Source of the DNA: Octopus bimaculoides
Lineage: Eukaryota
Direction of reading: 5' to 3'
Assembly: GCF_001194135.2 (NCBI RefSeq)
Contig: NC_068981.1
Span: 168,101,371 to 168,165,370, forward strand
Length of the DNA: 64,000 nucleotides
The position numbers and the translations under genes are program-made. The notes beneath the pieces are model-generated. The model saw only the letters and a program-made list of their open reading frames with translations, did not search any database and was not told the origin of the DNA. Below, piece by piece: positions 49,049 through 63,782 of the stretch; position 1 is the stretch's first letter; each line of letters starts with the position of its first letter.

Positions 49049-52000
49049 CTGAAATTCATAAAACAAATTAGTCTTAGATGATTTCAATTTCCATCAGAAT
49101 TTACACAGAACTTAGAAATGATCTAATTATAAAATCTCACAGAGAGAATTAAGCAACAGTGTTATGATAAAGCAGTTGTATACTGTCAACTCAATGTGAC
49201 AGTCCCAATAAGGGAATCATACTGCTGCTATTTAGCCCTAGGAAGCTGGACCGCTTCCTGTCAGCCTTGACACATTTCCTGTGTCCTTATATTTGTGAGG
49301 GAGAGAAAAGCACTCTCACCCAGCTCAGTGTGCATTCAGGGACATTTTTTCTGAGTCATTGCTCGTCATCAGCCTAAAGTAGCAACACTAACTGGCTGAA
49401 GATGCATGTCAAACCCTCGCAAATATATATATATTTAGTGAAAACGCATTCACTGATTACAAAAATTAGAAATGATCGAATTATAAATCTCACAGAGAGA
49501 ATCAAACAGCAGTGTTATGATAAATATAAGGACACAAGAAATGTGTCAAGGCCAACAGGAAGCGGTCCGGCTTCCTAGGGCTAAATAGCAGCAGTATGAT
49601 TCCCATATTGGGACTGTCACATTGAGTTGACAGTATACAACTGCTTTACACAGAACATTTATGACAATTACATATTGATTTCCAGCATTAATAAAACAAA
49701 GGGCCTATCATTAGTCAACCATAACAGTAAGGCACTCAATTCTCACAGAGCCAAATTCACAAGTGAATTTCAACAAACATTAATTGAGTCAATAAGGGAG
49801 TCCTCTACATGGTCACTCAACTTGCAAGAAAGAGTAACCAAATCTCCCTCAAATCACATCCTACTGTCGTGAAAAAGGAAACTTAGACATGCAAAAGCCT
49901 GACAGCAAGACGAGATGGTCACAGCTTTAACATCTTTGATCATAGGTGTATGCAGTTAGGGTTAACCTGGAAGAAAGGTGTAAACAACAACAACAAACAT
50001 TAATAATTTTGTTGGCAATGCCTACAAGAAGAACATGAACATCACAACATCCAATTTCTTCTCTCCAAGCCATGAGACTCCATCTCATACAAATTTTATT
50101 TTTAGTCATAATTATGTATTTGCTACCTAAAACATTAAATTCTTACAAAATCCAAAATTCAAGTTATATCCTAGTTAAGGTCACTCAAGGATTTCCAACT
50201 AACTGGGCCTAAATTTAGGGTCTAAAAACGAAATCACCAAAACTACTCTGTGTGCAACAATTTTAGCACTATGCAGTATCTGAGTCTTAGCTTACATAAC
50301 AAGTTCAAAGACTTCAGCCAACTATTGTTTCGGAGTGTTGGACAGTGGCAGCAGTGGTGGTAGCACTTTACTTCTTCATGATGAGTAGTCCCTGAGTTTT
50401 AGAGTTTTCACCCTGTTTAACAGGAATATGGTGTTCAGTAATTATTGCAAGATGTTTAGAAGATTCCTCTTTGCTGGGAGAATGGAAGAGATCTTGAAGT
50501 TGCATTTAATATGATTTGACGGTTCAAATTTGGAAAGTGTAGGTTTTGATCAGATAAAGTACAGAGGTAGCATGGAAATAAAAAGAAAGTCTAGAAAGTT
50601 GATCAGAGCCAGATATAGTCCCATGGTTTTAGATGAGAGTCAAAAAGGAAGTTACTGAAACATGTTGTGATAGGATGACTTGAAAGAAAGCTCCTAATCC
50701 AACTGGTTATAATTTATATTGAAACCCATACAAAACACAGGCATGACTGTGTGGTAAGAAGTTCATTTCTCAACCACATGATTCTGGGTTCAATCCCACT
50801 CTATGGTTCCAGGCTGACTAAAGCTTTGCAAGTAAATTTAGCAGGCAGAAATTGAAAGAAGCCTGCCATATACGTATGTTACTGTTTCTTTGCCTTGACA
50901 TTACATGATAGTTGGAAATAAAGTCTCCATCATTCAATGAAAATGTCTGGTCGTGGCGAAGTTTACCTTACTTCAAAACAGGTGAGGGTTGGTAACAGGA
51001 AGGGCATCCGGCCATAGAAAATCTGCCTCAGCCAAATTTCGTCTGGCCCACGCAAAAATGAGAAAATTAGACGTTAAAACGACGCTGATACATTAAAAAA
51101 AAAATTGCTACGAGATTTCCATACCAACAGTACTCAAGGGCAATAACTTTGTGTTTACTGTAATTCTTCTGTGAAAAAACTAGTGACACGATCTAATAAA
51201 GAAATCTAGTGAAAATTGTACTGACTGATGGTTTAATAAAGAGAAAATAAAATTCAAAACAGTTAAACGAGCTGAGTGTATATAATGGTCTCCATCGTTT
51301 CAGAGATGTGAAAAATCAATAGGGAGATAATTGTCAGCTACAATATTCTCTGAAATAACCACTAGCTAAGTTACTACTTTAACAAAAACAGGTTTCTTTA
51401 TACAGTTGAAAATCTTTTGTCCGATAACCTCCAAAATCAAAAAGTATTTTGAATGCTGATACAACATGCAACAAATAAGAAAAGTCCACAAAGCAATGGG
51501 AAGGTTCCACCAGATACAGCTGTTTTATCTCATTATGATATGTAACTGTTTTATTTTATACCCTACATAAAACCTAATACCTGTATTGTAAAAAAATAAA
51601 ATACAAATGCCATACATGTACTGTGTAACCTTTTAATCAAAACAGAACATCATAGGTGGGGACTGATATCCTACGTTTCTGATGGTATTGTGCATAAAAA
51701 AAATTATTCAGAATTTATATAAAACTACATTCAGGGTGTATGTAATGAAATGCAAATGGATGTGGTGGTTAGATTTGAGCTCCATCCCCAAATTGTCCCA
51801 TTTTATAGATGCAAATATAAAAATCCTCCAAAATCCAAAGAATCTCAAATCTGTAACACTTTTGGTCCCAGAAATTTTCTTTAATGGATTCTCAACTCTA
51901 TCATCATCATCATCATTTAACGTCTGCTTTCTATACTGGCATGGGTTAGATGGTTTGACAAGGAACTGGCTAGCAGTTGTGGCGTGGTTTCTACAGCTAG

Positions 52001-52522
52001 GTGCCCTTCCTAATGCCAACCACTTAACAGAGTGTGCTGGGTGCTTTTTACATGCCACTGGCATGGGTGCATTTATGCAGCACTAGCATGGGTGCATTAA
52101 CACAACACTGGCATGGTTCCACCACCTTTGACAATTTAGAAAATCTATTGTTCTATATTGACAGGTCGATGGGCTTCTTTCAGTTGCAAATTTCCAGAAA
52201 TGTTAAACCAACCAAGTATAATAAGAAAAGATAGCAAATTGAATAATATGTCTTACTTATGCACATAACATAATTTTAAAATAGTGGTCTTCAAATGATG
52301 CACCACAAGAATGGGAGGGAGGAATTTCCTTGCACCATGGGATTTTTAAACATTTTTTGAAAATTCATATTAATGGATTATAGGTGCATGCGTGGTGGTG
52401 TGGTAAGAAGTTTGCTTCCCAACCACGATTCCTGGTTCACTCCCATTGTGAGGCACCTTGGGCAAGTATCTTCTACTATAGCCTCAGGGCAACCAAAACC
52501 AAAGCCTTGTCAGTGGATTTAG

Positions 52523-52564
<42 letters not shown>

Positions 52565-52575
52565 ANNNNNNNNNN

Positions 52576-52609
<34 letters not shown>

Positions 52610-53454
52610 ATGTGTGTGTGTATGTATGTATATATGAGTGTGTACGTATGTGTCTTTGTGTCTGTGTTTATCCCCCACCACTGCTTGACAATAGGTGCCA
52701 GTGTGTTTATGTCCCTGTAACTTAGCAGTTCAGCAAAAGAAACTGATAGAATAAGTACCAGGTACCAGATTTAAAAAGATATAAGTAATAGGATCGATTC
52801 GTTCAACTAAAAATTCTCCAAGACAGTGCCCCAGCACGGCCACAGTCTAATGACTGAAACAAGTAAAAGATTAATGCATGTGTGTTTTTGAAAACAAGTT
52901 ATTCATAATTTTGTTACATGCAAGTATGATAAATAAAACCACATCAACAGCGGATTTCTAATTTTTCTCAAAATATTCATAACAAGCTTTTTTTTAATTT
53001 TTTTCCATGTGGAGTGCGCAAGCAGTGACCAATGAAGTCAAAAAGGATTGAAAACCTTTCTGCTAAAAAGTTGGGTATTACTTCCTCACATCTCCGTCAT
53101 CATCATTTAGTGCCTCCTTTCCATGCTGGCATGGATTAGACAGTTTGACTAAAACTGGTAAGCTGGAGAGCTCCACCAGGTTCCAATCTAATTTGGCATG
53201 GTTTCTACGGCTGGATGTCCTTCCTAACACCAACCACTCCAAGAGTGTAGTGAGGGCTGTTTATATGCCACTGGCATGGGTTCCAGTTATGTGACACCAG
53301 TATCAGCCACGGCTTGACAAGTCTTCTCAAGCACCAAACATTTAGGTCATTCGTCACCTCTGTGAGGCCCAACATTTGAAGGGTGCTTTTTAAGTGCTAC
53401 CTCACATTTAATAAAAAAAAAAGTTTCAATGTTACATCATGTAAAAATCTTTAC

Positions 53455-53595
53455 CTGGCAGGCTTTCTTTATGTGTTTCAAAAAACTATTTACAATATCT
53501 GTTAGTTCAGGCAGCAATATTTGAGAATCAGCATCTCTGAGGTCTTGTAATGAAAACATATTGGAATTTTCAACAAAATGTTGTCGTTTCTGCAG
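53455..53595 (-). CDS. DEF8: DEF8 exon: LQKRQHFVENSNMFSLQDLRDADSQILLPELTDIVNSFLKHIKKACQ
   Basis: Matches LQDRQHFVENDEMYSVQDL...KHIKLDCE. Acceptor tttag, donor gtaaag; 141 nt, phase 0 to 0. Confidence 0.95.
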
Positions 53596-53821
53596 CTAAA
53601 ATATAAATGAAAGATTATGATAAAAAGCTACATCATGACCACTACATTAGAAGTTAAGAAAATTGCTTTACAATTACATGGTTTCGGGTTCAGTCCCACT
53701 CTGTGACACCTCAGACAAGTGTCTTCTGCTATAGCCCAGGCCAGGCAAAGCCTTGTGGGTGAATCTGCAAGATGGAAACTNNNNNNNNNNNNNNNNNNNN
53801 NNNNNNNNNNNNNNNNNNNNN

Positions 53822-53855
<34 letters not shown>

Positions 53856-56143
53856 GATATCATGTGATTGCTGTAAATGAGCGTCGGTCATTCAAGTAGT
53901 GTCATTCATGTTTGGCCATGGGAAATATTACCCTACTTGGAAACAAGTGAGTGTTATTGATAGGATGGGTACCAAGCCATAGAAAAATCTATTTCAATAA
54001 ACTCCTATTGATCCATGCAAGCATGGAAAAGTGAACACTAAAGCAATGATGATGATGATGAGTTCAAATGATCATTATCATCATCATCATCCTCCTTTAA
54101 TGTCCATTTTTTATGCTAGTAAGGGTCGGATGGTTTGACAGGAGCTGGCAAGCCAGAAGGTTACACCAGGCTCCAGTCATCTGCTCTGGCATGGTTTCTA
54201 TGGCTGGATGCCCTTCCTTAATGCCAGCCACTTTACAGAATGTACTGAGTACTTCTTACATGGTGCCAGCAAGGGTGCTTCTCATGTGGTGCTGGTACAG
54301 ATGCTTTTTAGCATGGCACCAACACAGGTGCACTTTATATATGACAAATAAAAAAAGAAATGCTGTATAGCTAAGCAGTTTGATCCTAAAGATCCATCAC
54401 TACTATTGCCATTATAGTTACACAATCACCATCAGTATCACCACTATCAACATCAACAAGTATTTCTTAAATGAGGAAATCACTTTAGGTAATATTCAAT
54501 GCTTTTTTTTTTTGTTTTTGAGATGAATTTAAAAAGCAGAAAATAAAATAAATGATAGAGCTACAAGAAAGACAACTCTTGTCACACTTTTCTTTATTCA
54601 CATTTTTTTCAAGCAATTCACCATCCACTAATATGATAATAAAAAGCAGTCTTATCTTTAATATAATTTCTTTTCTACTCTAGGCACAAGGCCCAAAATT
54701 TGGGGGAGGGGGCAGTCGATTAAATCGACCCCAGAACGCAACTGGTACTTAATTTATCGATTCTGAAAGGATGGATGAAAGGCCAAGTCGAACTCGGCAG
54801 AATTTGAACTCGGAATGCAAAGACAGACGAAATACTGCTAAGCATTTCGCCTGGTGTGCTAACGTTTCTGCCAGCTCGCTGCCTTATAATATAATTTATT
54901 GCAAAACATTAACAGCCTTATGCTAATACAACACATTAGCAAATTTCAAATATTATGGAAAAATCTAGCAAAAACTGAGTATATTGATAAAATAGTTTTC
55001 AACCTAAAGACAATTTCCTTACTGGAAACCTAAAATTCTTCCAGATTAAGAGTTGCTAGTTTATAAGAAGAAAATCTACGAAATAAGAAGCCATTATATT
55101 CAGCGCTTCTACACTTTTGTTACTATATTTCTGCAGAAATACACTGGCATTGTTTCAGTTAATTTTGAAAACTATGAGCTTAGAAAAACCTGATAACTTT
55201 GACATTATTAAGCTTGAGTTTGGGACATTTTAACAGGAAATCTTAAAAGAAGGTTTTAGTTTGGATGACTATTGTAAAACAGGGGTGATCTCTAAATGAT
55301 TAATATCAAAAGGATTTTAAAAAAAAGAAAGAAAATCAGTAACAGTGTTAAATAGGTTTGCTGCTTTTTTTTTTGTGACTTAGTCACAAGAGGGAGGAGA
55401 CAGCCCCATGACCTTTTCCAAGGTGGAAGAGCAGAAGAATTAAATAGCATCTCCTACCCAAAGAGGCAGAAATGTACATTTAGCAGCTGGACAATTTTTG
55501 TTTGTACTTTTGTATTTTTTAATATTATATGTCTATAAGAGATATCTCAGGGCAAATAACAGGGTGAATTAGGATTTCAATAATGCATCTGCTTTAAGTA
55601 CGACACACAGATTGCTATTTTAAACTAATACTGCTTCTGTCACATACAATGAATTATTAGGTTAAAACCCAGAGAAGTGGCAAGAGTTAATGGAGATGTT
55701 TCAGACATTGCCCTTCTTCAGAATATAGATATCGAGAGGAATGCAAAGAAAAAAATAATTAAAATGGAAAAGTTCGGACAAAGTAGTCTAGGTGTGTTGG
55801 TTAGCTTAGTGTGTTGAGAAAAGGTCTGTTCATATTCTGTTGTTTGTGTTAGTATAAGTGCAATGCCTGTGTAAAGGGCAAGTGGTTCGTTACTCGATCA
55901 CCTTTGATCATCTGATCATCAGCCTAGTCATTCAGGGATGACTTGGGGACTAAACAACAACAGTAGCAGCAGCAACAAGATATAAGTACTATAATCAATT
56001 TTTCTCGACTGTACTCATCCCCACAAAATTTGTGACTTTGTATCACAAAGTTCTAAAATTATCATAATTATTTAAAGGGAGGGCGGTAGATGGACAGAAT
56101 CAATAAAATAGTTTGTGACAACAATAATAATAGCCAAACTTAC

Positions 56144-56224
56144 CAATAACAACAACTTATCTTCACGGGCAACTTGGCAACGGACAAAATATTGTTTCAT
56201 AATAAGGATGTCTTTTCGAAGTTT
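56144..56224 (-). CDS. DEF8: DEF8 exon: KLRKDILIMKQYFVRCQVAREDKLLLL
   Basis: Matches KLRQDILLMKPYFITC. Acceptor tcaaag, donor gtaagt; 81 nt, phase 0 to 0. Confidence 0.93.
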
Positions 56225-57042
56225 CTTTGAAGATAGTAAAAAGAACAAACACACAAAGTTATTGGATCATCAAATATAAAATACACAAAAATTCAAAAAA
56301 ACTCAAATACTTCCATAGCTTATCTGTTTGTTACCTTTCCTGTCTTTTGCACACACACAAAAAAAATCTAACTTTTAAAGAGAGGTAACTGAAACTTTAT
56401 AAGACTTTAAAATATTGTAATGAATCAAAATTAATTATATGGACTGTTTAATTTGATTTTGATTGTTTTGTTTTGCTTGATATCTTATCTTCTTTATTAT
56501 AATATCTTATGCAACATACAGTAATGTTATATTTATCATTCTGTAATATTTCATTTATCATATGATAATTATTTATTTATTTATTATACAACTTATCATA
56601 CTGCAATGCATTATTTATTATACAACGACACCTCATTCATTATACTGTAATTATATTGTTATTATACCGTAATATGTTACTGTTAGTACCCTAACATTGC
56701 TTTCAAATTTTGGCGCAAGGCCAGCAATTTCGGGGGAGGGGGTAAGTTGATTGCATCAACCCCAGTGTTCAACTGGTACTTATTTTATCAATCCCGAAAG
56801 GATGAAAAGCAAAAGTTGACCTTTGCAGACTCTTAACTCAGAATGTAAAGACATGAAATACAGCTAAGCATTTTGCCTGATGTACAAACTATTCTGCCAG
56901 CTTGCAGCCTTATCATACTCTAATATGATTATACTGCAATATCTGATTATAAGATCTGATGAAAAATGTCCTACTCAAGCCAGCATGGAACATGGAAATT
57001 AAATGGTGATAATATAGTCTCTCTCTCTCTCTCTCTCTCACT

Positions 57043-57080
<38 letters not shown>

Positions 57081-57914
57081 GCTTTATATGCACACAAAGC
57101 TATAATTTCACATNNNNNNNNNNNNNNNNNNNNNNNNNNNNNNNNNNNNNNNNNNNNNNNNNNNNNNNNNNNNNNNNNNNNNNNNNNNNNNNNNNNNNNN
57201 NNNNNNNNNNNNNNNNNNNNNNNNNNNNNNNNNNNNNNNNNNNNNNNNNNNNNNNNNNNNNNNNNNNNNNNNNNNNNNNNNNNNNNNNNNNNNNNNNNNN
57301 NNNNNNNNNNNNNCATGATCAATACACAAGGTCAGTCACACACAATCTCACACACACACACACACACACACAAACATATAAGACACAGTTCAATTTGTAC
57401 TTAAAAGTTCATACATACTACATACATATGTATGAAAAAAAAAACAAACAAAAAATAGCTTAGTGATGCAAATTATAGGTAAGTTCCCAGTCTGATGAAA
57501 CAAGATTCTTTGATTTCATTGCTATTATGCAAAAGTGTCGTAAGTCCAAAACGTTGCTTTTTCATAAAACGAAAAAATAGTTTCACCATTCCATAGCAAA
57601 ACCACTGTACTACACTTTGACAATTTTTGATATCTTGGCATCTAAATCAGCTGGAGATACAATAGTTTGACCAAAAGAATCGGCTATTGCAAGCAAAAAG
57701 AAATATTGGAAAAAAATGCATTTGGCCAAATTTGGACATACGACAGTTTAACATAATAGCAACAATTGGATTCTCCTTATTTACATCACTAATATCCTTC
57801 GGTATGAAGCATGAAGATTACAATATCCCACATATACTTATGTGAAAAATTAATAGTTAGGTTTCCTTGGAAGTCACTTCACACAAATTGGTAGAATTAC
57901 AAAAGAATACTTAC

Positions 57915-58028
57915 AAGAATTTGACGTAATTCTTCTGACATATTAAAAATAAGTGGACTGTGTTTTTCAAGATCTAAGACAGGCTTTTTCAACATTAATT
58001 TCAAGAACTGTCGACTGGCACGGCTTAC
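57915..58028 (-). CDS. DEF8: DEF8 exon: VSRASRQFLKLMLKKPVLDLEKHSPLIFNMSEELRQIL
   Basis: Aligns by eye with DEF8 VSRCSMRYLALMVSRPVL...NPLLF...EEL. Acceptor gttgtag, donor gtaagt; 114 nt, phase 0 to 0. Confidence 0.93.
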
Positions 58029-59079
58029 CTACAACAGAAGATATATATATATGTATGTTTATTTAAAATATAAATAAGATTCAGTTGAATTAGGTACTCA
58101 AGTTGAGGTACCTCATTAGGTCAGGATAATATACACAGTATTATGTAAATATCAACTTTGGTACAGAAATACCAACAGAATGATATTCCTGTAGTGCATA
58201 CAGACAATTTGACCCAGCTGAGTATATAATCTGCTCTTGAGTTATTCAGACATGTATATTTTATTGAATATACAGTCAATAATACGCTTCAGAATTTGCA
58301 AAGAGCATGTTCCGAGATAGGTGAATAAGATATAAATAAGTATCAATTGAAGGACAGGTGTCATATATATATATCAATTTATATATATTAATACTTTTTT
58401 TCTTTTTGGCTTTGCTATATTACTTCATCAGTCCACATCATTCAGAGAATTTAAATTTTAGTTTTAACCTTTTGCCTGTCCTGTGTAGTGTATCATATGT
58501 GATACATAGGATATATTTTCCTGGTATCCATGCACCAAATATAATACACATTCCTAATTTTTTTTCACCCACCAGAATAACTTGGAACTTATGAACGGAA
58601 AGATTTAAATTACCCAGAATATATAAAATAAGGGCTAACCAAAAGTCTGAAAACAAACATGGACATTTAGGACAAGCTTATGAAAATATTTTGGACAGAC
58701 AAAGGGTTAAATGAAATATGTAAGATCTAGATTTTACTTTGTTGTCAACAGCTCACTACTATTAATTAACTATGATAAAGAGAGACAAATCTTTCAACTG
58801 AAACTAGTTTAGTTGATCCCTCTTTTTCAGTCCACAAAAATGCTGAATACGCAGACAAGATGTTTATATCTGTCTAGACATTTATTAATATATCCTGGAG
58901 TAGAGTATAGCCACAAAAACAAAGTACTGTTTATGCATCAGTAATTTATTAAATCCTCTTTAGCCATTGTGACACTGTACATCTTGTTATGAGGTTAAAA
59001 TGTTAATTTAATGAAAACTCATGACTTTGCTTGTCTGAAAACAGACTCCATTTCTAGTTTATATGTGAGTTATAGACAT

Positions 59080-59231
59080 AGGAGTTGCTGTGTGGTTAAG
59101 AAGCTTACTTCTCAACTGTATGGTGTCGGGTTCAGTCCCACTGCACAACACCTGAAGCTAGTGCCATCTACTATGGCTTCAGGTCAACCACAGCCTTGTG
59201 AGTGGATTTAGCAGATAGAAACTAAAAGAAG

Positions 59232-59287
<56 letters not shown>

Positions 59288-59515
59288 CTTTGCCCTGACA
59301 CAATGTGAAGGGTGTAAATGAGTATCGTTCTCATACAAGTGATGTCATTTGTTTCCAGTCTCCATGAAATACACATCAAACCATGGGGAAATACTACCTT
59401 ACTTGGAAACAAGTGAGGGTTGGCAACAGGAAGGGCATCCAGCTATAGAAAATCTGCCCCAATAAATTCAATCTGACCCATGCAAGCATAGAAAAATGGA
59501 CATCAAAAAGAAAAT
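59080..59515 (+). mobile_element. SINE with family-B head and RTE-type tail; related copies at about 35750-36000 (-), 45170-45370 (-), 47880-48175, 50735-51090, 53820-54070, 62350-62710 (-), 63130-63400 (-)
   Basis: Head as family B, then (TG)n, then ttggaaacaggtgagggttggcaacaggaagggcatccagc...catgcaagcatggaaaa. Confidence 0.75.
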
Positions 59516-60680
59516 TGGACGATAGTTACTAACAAGAAACAAATCAAGCTGTGCGTTAAAACAATTGCTTCAACATCAATATCAATGTCTAGATTTTCAA
59601 AAAGCCAGCAGTCTCACTTAGGATAGTATTATCACCATCATCGTCATCACCCTTTAATATGCATTTTCCATGCTGGCATGGGTAGGACAAAAAAGCTGCC
59701 AGCAGGTGGTTGCAGGGAAGTGAACCCCATACCCCTCAGATTCCAGCTGAATGCTCCGTACCATTAACATATGCAGCCTCTGATAACAATTACCCTCAGT
59801 TTTAATGCCAAGTAATAGCTTTCCAAATGTGAGACCATTTTATAAACAAACTTTGGAAGTGCTGAATGTGCTGGTATTTTAAAGACAAGAAAGTAAATTT
59901 TGAAAGCAGTATAACTGAGAAAGATTGGGTAAAAAAAAAAAGTTGCCAGCAGGTGGCTACGGGGAATCAAACACCGGGGAAAATAAATGTAAAACAGCTC
60001 TAAAAAATTATTTACTAATATCAACTGAGTTGATGAATTCATATATATACTTTCCTTAGAGGCACTCAATTCACTACAAGCAGTCGTCTATGGCCATTTC
60101 AGGCAGTTGGACTCATGATCATAAAATTGTTTCAGTCATTTGACTGTGGCCATAAAATTGTTGTTTTGATCCCTGGACCAGGCAGTAAAACACTTTATTT
60201 CATGTAGCTCCAGTAATCTTGTGTTGGACCAGCATCCCATTCAGGTAGGCAATATATACACCAGGATGACTCAAGAAGCTAACTTTACTTTTTTCTAAAT
60301 TCTTTTCTAAATCTTTTTTCTCCATAAAGCATTCATAACAGCCTTGTGTTTGTCCTTAATAAATAATGTAATTCATAAGTTATGCTGGTGGTGGTGATTG
60401 TTGTTTAGACTCACATCAGTCCAAATCAAGCAAACCTATAATCAAAGCCATTCCAACCATAACCATCCTGTCTTTTTAAGAGTATTGAGGATTATGCTAT
60501 CTGAAGTGTCCTTTCCCATTTTTTTTTTTTTTAATGGTCAGGTGTGGTTTCAGGAAGATTTTGCTGTTGTTTCTAGCTAACATGTCAAGTAACCACATAG
60601 TGGCCTTATTACATACTAAGAAGTGGTAGTTAGGAAATGATATATAGCTGAAGCAATGTAAAAAAAAAAAAAAACTGTTA

Positions 60681-60842
<162 letters not shown>

Positions 60843-61002
60843 TCAATTTCTATGTTACTATCACCGATAGTTACTTCAATGACATTATTATTATTATTGT
60901 TATTCACTTTTAATCTGCATGTTTGTTGCAATCACTTGCCAAGGAACACACAGCACCCTTAGGCAAGTCAAGTCGAAGAGATGTTAGATGTTACAGTATA
61001 AC

Positions 61003-61388
61003 AGTGGAGGCGCAATGGCCCAGTGGTAAGGGCAGGAGACTCGCGGTCATAGTATTGCGGTTTTGATTCCCAGACCGGGCGTTGTGAGTGTTTATTGAGC
61101 AAAAACACCTAAAGCTCCACGAGGCTCCGGCAGGGGATGGTGGCGAACCCTGCTGTACTCTTTCACCACAACTTTCTCTCACTCTTACTTCTTGTTTCTG
61201 TTGTGCCTGTAATTCAAAGGGTCAGCCTTGTCACACTGTGTCACACTGAATATCCCCAAGAACTACGTTAAGGGTACACGTGTCTGTGGAGTGCTCAGCC
61301 ACTTGCATATTAATTTCACGAGCAGGCTGTTCCGTTGATCGGATCAACTGGAACCCTCGATGTCATAAGCGACGGAGTGCCAACAACA
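61003..61388 (+). mobile_element. SINE family C, full length; inverted copy at about 14410-14698
   Basis: tRNA-like head ggaggcgcaatggcccagtggtaaggg and (AAC)n tail. 10-bp TSD acagtataac (60993-61002, 61389-61398). Confidence 0.85.
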
Positions 61389-62003
61389 ACAGTATAACTG
61401 AAAACTTGCAGAGGGGAAGTGGCATGGGCAGTAGCGAAATATCTCCATTTTAAAACAACACAGACATTGAAATTGATAGGATTTTTCTAAGGATGTGGGC
61501 AGTACTTGTCAGCACAATCTTTTGGATTTCTCTGAAACATGGTTTTCCTAGGATGTTGTCTAGATGTTTCTGACATCCCCTTTTGTTATCATACCTAGGA
61601 CACTTACAATAATAGGAACAGTTTTTTGCTTTAAGGTACCACATTTTTTGTATTTCAGCTATTATTATTATTATCATCAGGAGTAGTAGTAGTAGTAGTC
61701 ATGAGGTAGCAGGCAGGCAGAATCTTTAACTAGACTGACAAAATGCTTAGCAGCATTTGTTCCAGCTTATTACATTCTGAGTTCAAATCCTGCCATTATC
61801 AACTTTACCTTTCTAACTTTTGGGATTGATAAAAGAAAGCACCAGTCAGGTATCAATATGTATTCTTTAAAGAGATTTGAAAATTAAAAAGGAAAAAAAT
61901 AATACAACCAGGTAGTGCTATTTCATCTGAAATTTAGACATGGCCTGAACCACTATGGACCGAACTTATTTAAAACCAAAAGTAATATAAATAAAATACG
62001 TAC

Positions 62004-62109
62004 TACTTTGAAATTCAATTGGTTCACGACAATCAACGCATCGAAATTTCTGAAGACTAAGGCCTCGTTCAGGACAAATATCAGTGATGATGCTTTGACC
62101 CTGGGCAAT
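62004..62109 (-). CDS. DEF8: DEF8 coding exon (first in window): IAQGQSIITDICPERGLSLQKFRCVDCREPIEFQS
   Basis: Matches the remembered DEF8 motif ICPETGLDSQDYRCAECR. Acceptor ttcag, donor gtacgt; 106 nt, phase 0 to 1. Confidence 0.93.
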
Positions 62110-63438
62110 CTGAAGTAGGAATAAAAAATAATGGTACAGTTTATCAAAAGAGACAGAAACAAACAATGAACCTACCAACCAAAGACAACATCAGCTGTAT
62201 TGGGCATTTTTCATGAACTAGTTAAGAGAACCTCTACATGGCTGCTTGAATTTCTAAAAATAGCAGCCAAACCTCCTTTATATCACATCCTGCCACCTCA
62301 AAAATATCAGTTAATGTTCACTTTTCCAAACTTGTCAGACAGCATTTGTTGACACAAATTTTCTACAGCTGGTTGCCCCACCTGTCACCAAGCAAGGTAA
62401 TATTTTCCCCACAACCAGACATGTTTTTCACAGAAATCTGGAAACAACCTCTCTTGTATGATGATGATGCTTATTTACAACCATTACGTGATGTCTCGAC
62501 AAGGATATATACAAACACATTCATACAAACATATGTGTGCACACACATACATAGAATTCTTTCAGTTTCTATCTACCAAATCCACTCACAAGGTTTTGGT
62601 TGACTCATGGTTATAGTAGAAGACATTTGCCCAAGGTTCTACACAATTGGACTGAGCCCAAGACCACATTGAGAAGCAAACTTCTTAACCACATAGCCAT
62701 ACCTGCACCTATAACAGACATATTTTATAATAAAATCCTAAAGTCATTATGTTTGGGCAAGAAAAATAAAAAACAAAAAGGATGATCATGACTAGAATGA
62801 TTGAGAAATTTACCTGGCTGACTTTGATCAACCCTAATCTGCTTGATTAGAGTTGGTCTATTGCTAAAATGCAACAATGACATCTTCATTTTCGGAGAGT
62901 TGACAGTTCATACACCAAAAACTCCTGATGCTAAGAGATCTTCTTCACATATTTTAGGTTATATTTGCTTGTATAGGAGCAACATAGATCAGCAGAGAAA
63001 CTAATCAGTAGGAAAGCTATCAGAACCAGTTAGAAACCTTTATGAGTCAATTTACATTTTCAGTGGTGTGAGGTCACTCATGAAAATGGCTTCCATGAGT
63101 TGTGTAGCTGTCTTTTTACTGTTGTTCAGCATCATTACTGATTTAACATCTACTTTTCCATGCTCGCACGGGTTGGAAAGCACTATTATTTCAGGCAAAT
63201 TTTCTACAGTCAGATGCCCTTCCTGTTGCCAATCTTCACCTGTTTCCAAGTAAAGGAATATTTCCCTATGACCAGGGATGTTTCCATGGAAGCTTATAAG
63301 CCACTTGCATGACAATGACATTCATTTTACAATTATCATGTGAAGTCAAAGCAAGAAGACAATAACACATACACACACACACATACATATATATAACAGG
63401 ACTGAGATGCTTGGTGCCTTGTTGTACTCAAGAAGACC

Positions 63439-63709
63439 TGTTATAGGGACTGTTAGATTTGTTATTTGTCTGACGTCTCGTGTTTCAATGTCTGACGTCT
63501 CGTGTTTCTGAGTTCATTGTTTCATTGTTGTTGTTCTGAACGACTGGGGTAGTAAAATGTCATTGATAGATATGGCGGACATGACTCTTGTTTTATTAAC
63601 ATCGAACTTTCGGTGAGTGTGTTCTTTGTATGTAATTGAATAATAAATGTAATAATTAAATTTGTACAACTCGTCTTTTCTCTGCGAGTCTCCCGAGAGG
63701 AATACAACA
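63439..63709 (+). mobile_element. 5' LTR of a Ty3/Gypsy-type retrotransposon
   Basis: TGTTATA...TACAACA termini, AATAAA at 63642-63647, candidate PBS TGGCGTCGCCGATACC at 63718. Confidence 0.7.
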
Positions 63710-63782
63710 GAGTTTATTGGCGTCGCCGATACCGATAGGATTACATGCTTACTTTACCGTAAAATTATTCATCGTAATAACA

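Noticed and set aside
50290-50620. Coding-like unique sequence in a DEF8 intron
   Set aside because: All frames examined contain stops, no splice pair was found, and the DEF8 chain is complete without it.
58438-58656. ORF within DEF8 as a possible extra exon
   Set aside because: No similarity to DEF8, and the flanking exons already join in frame.
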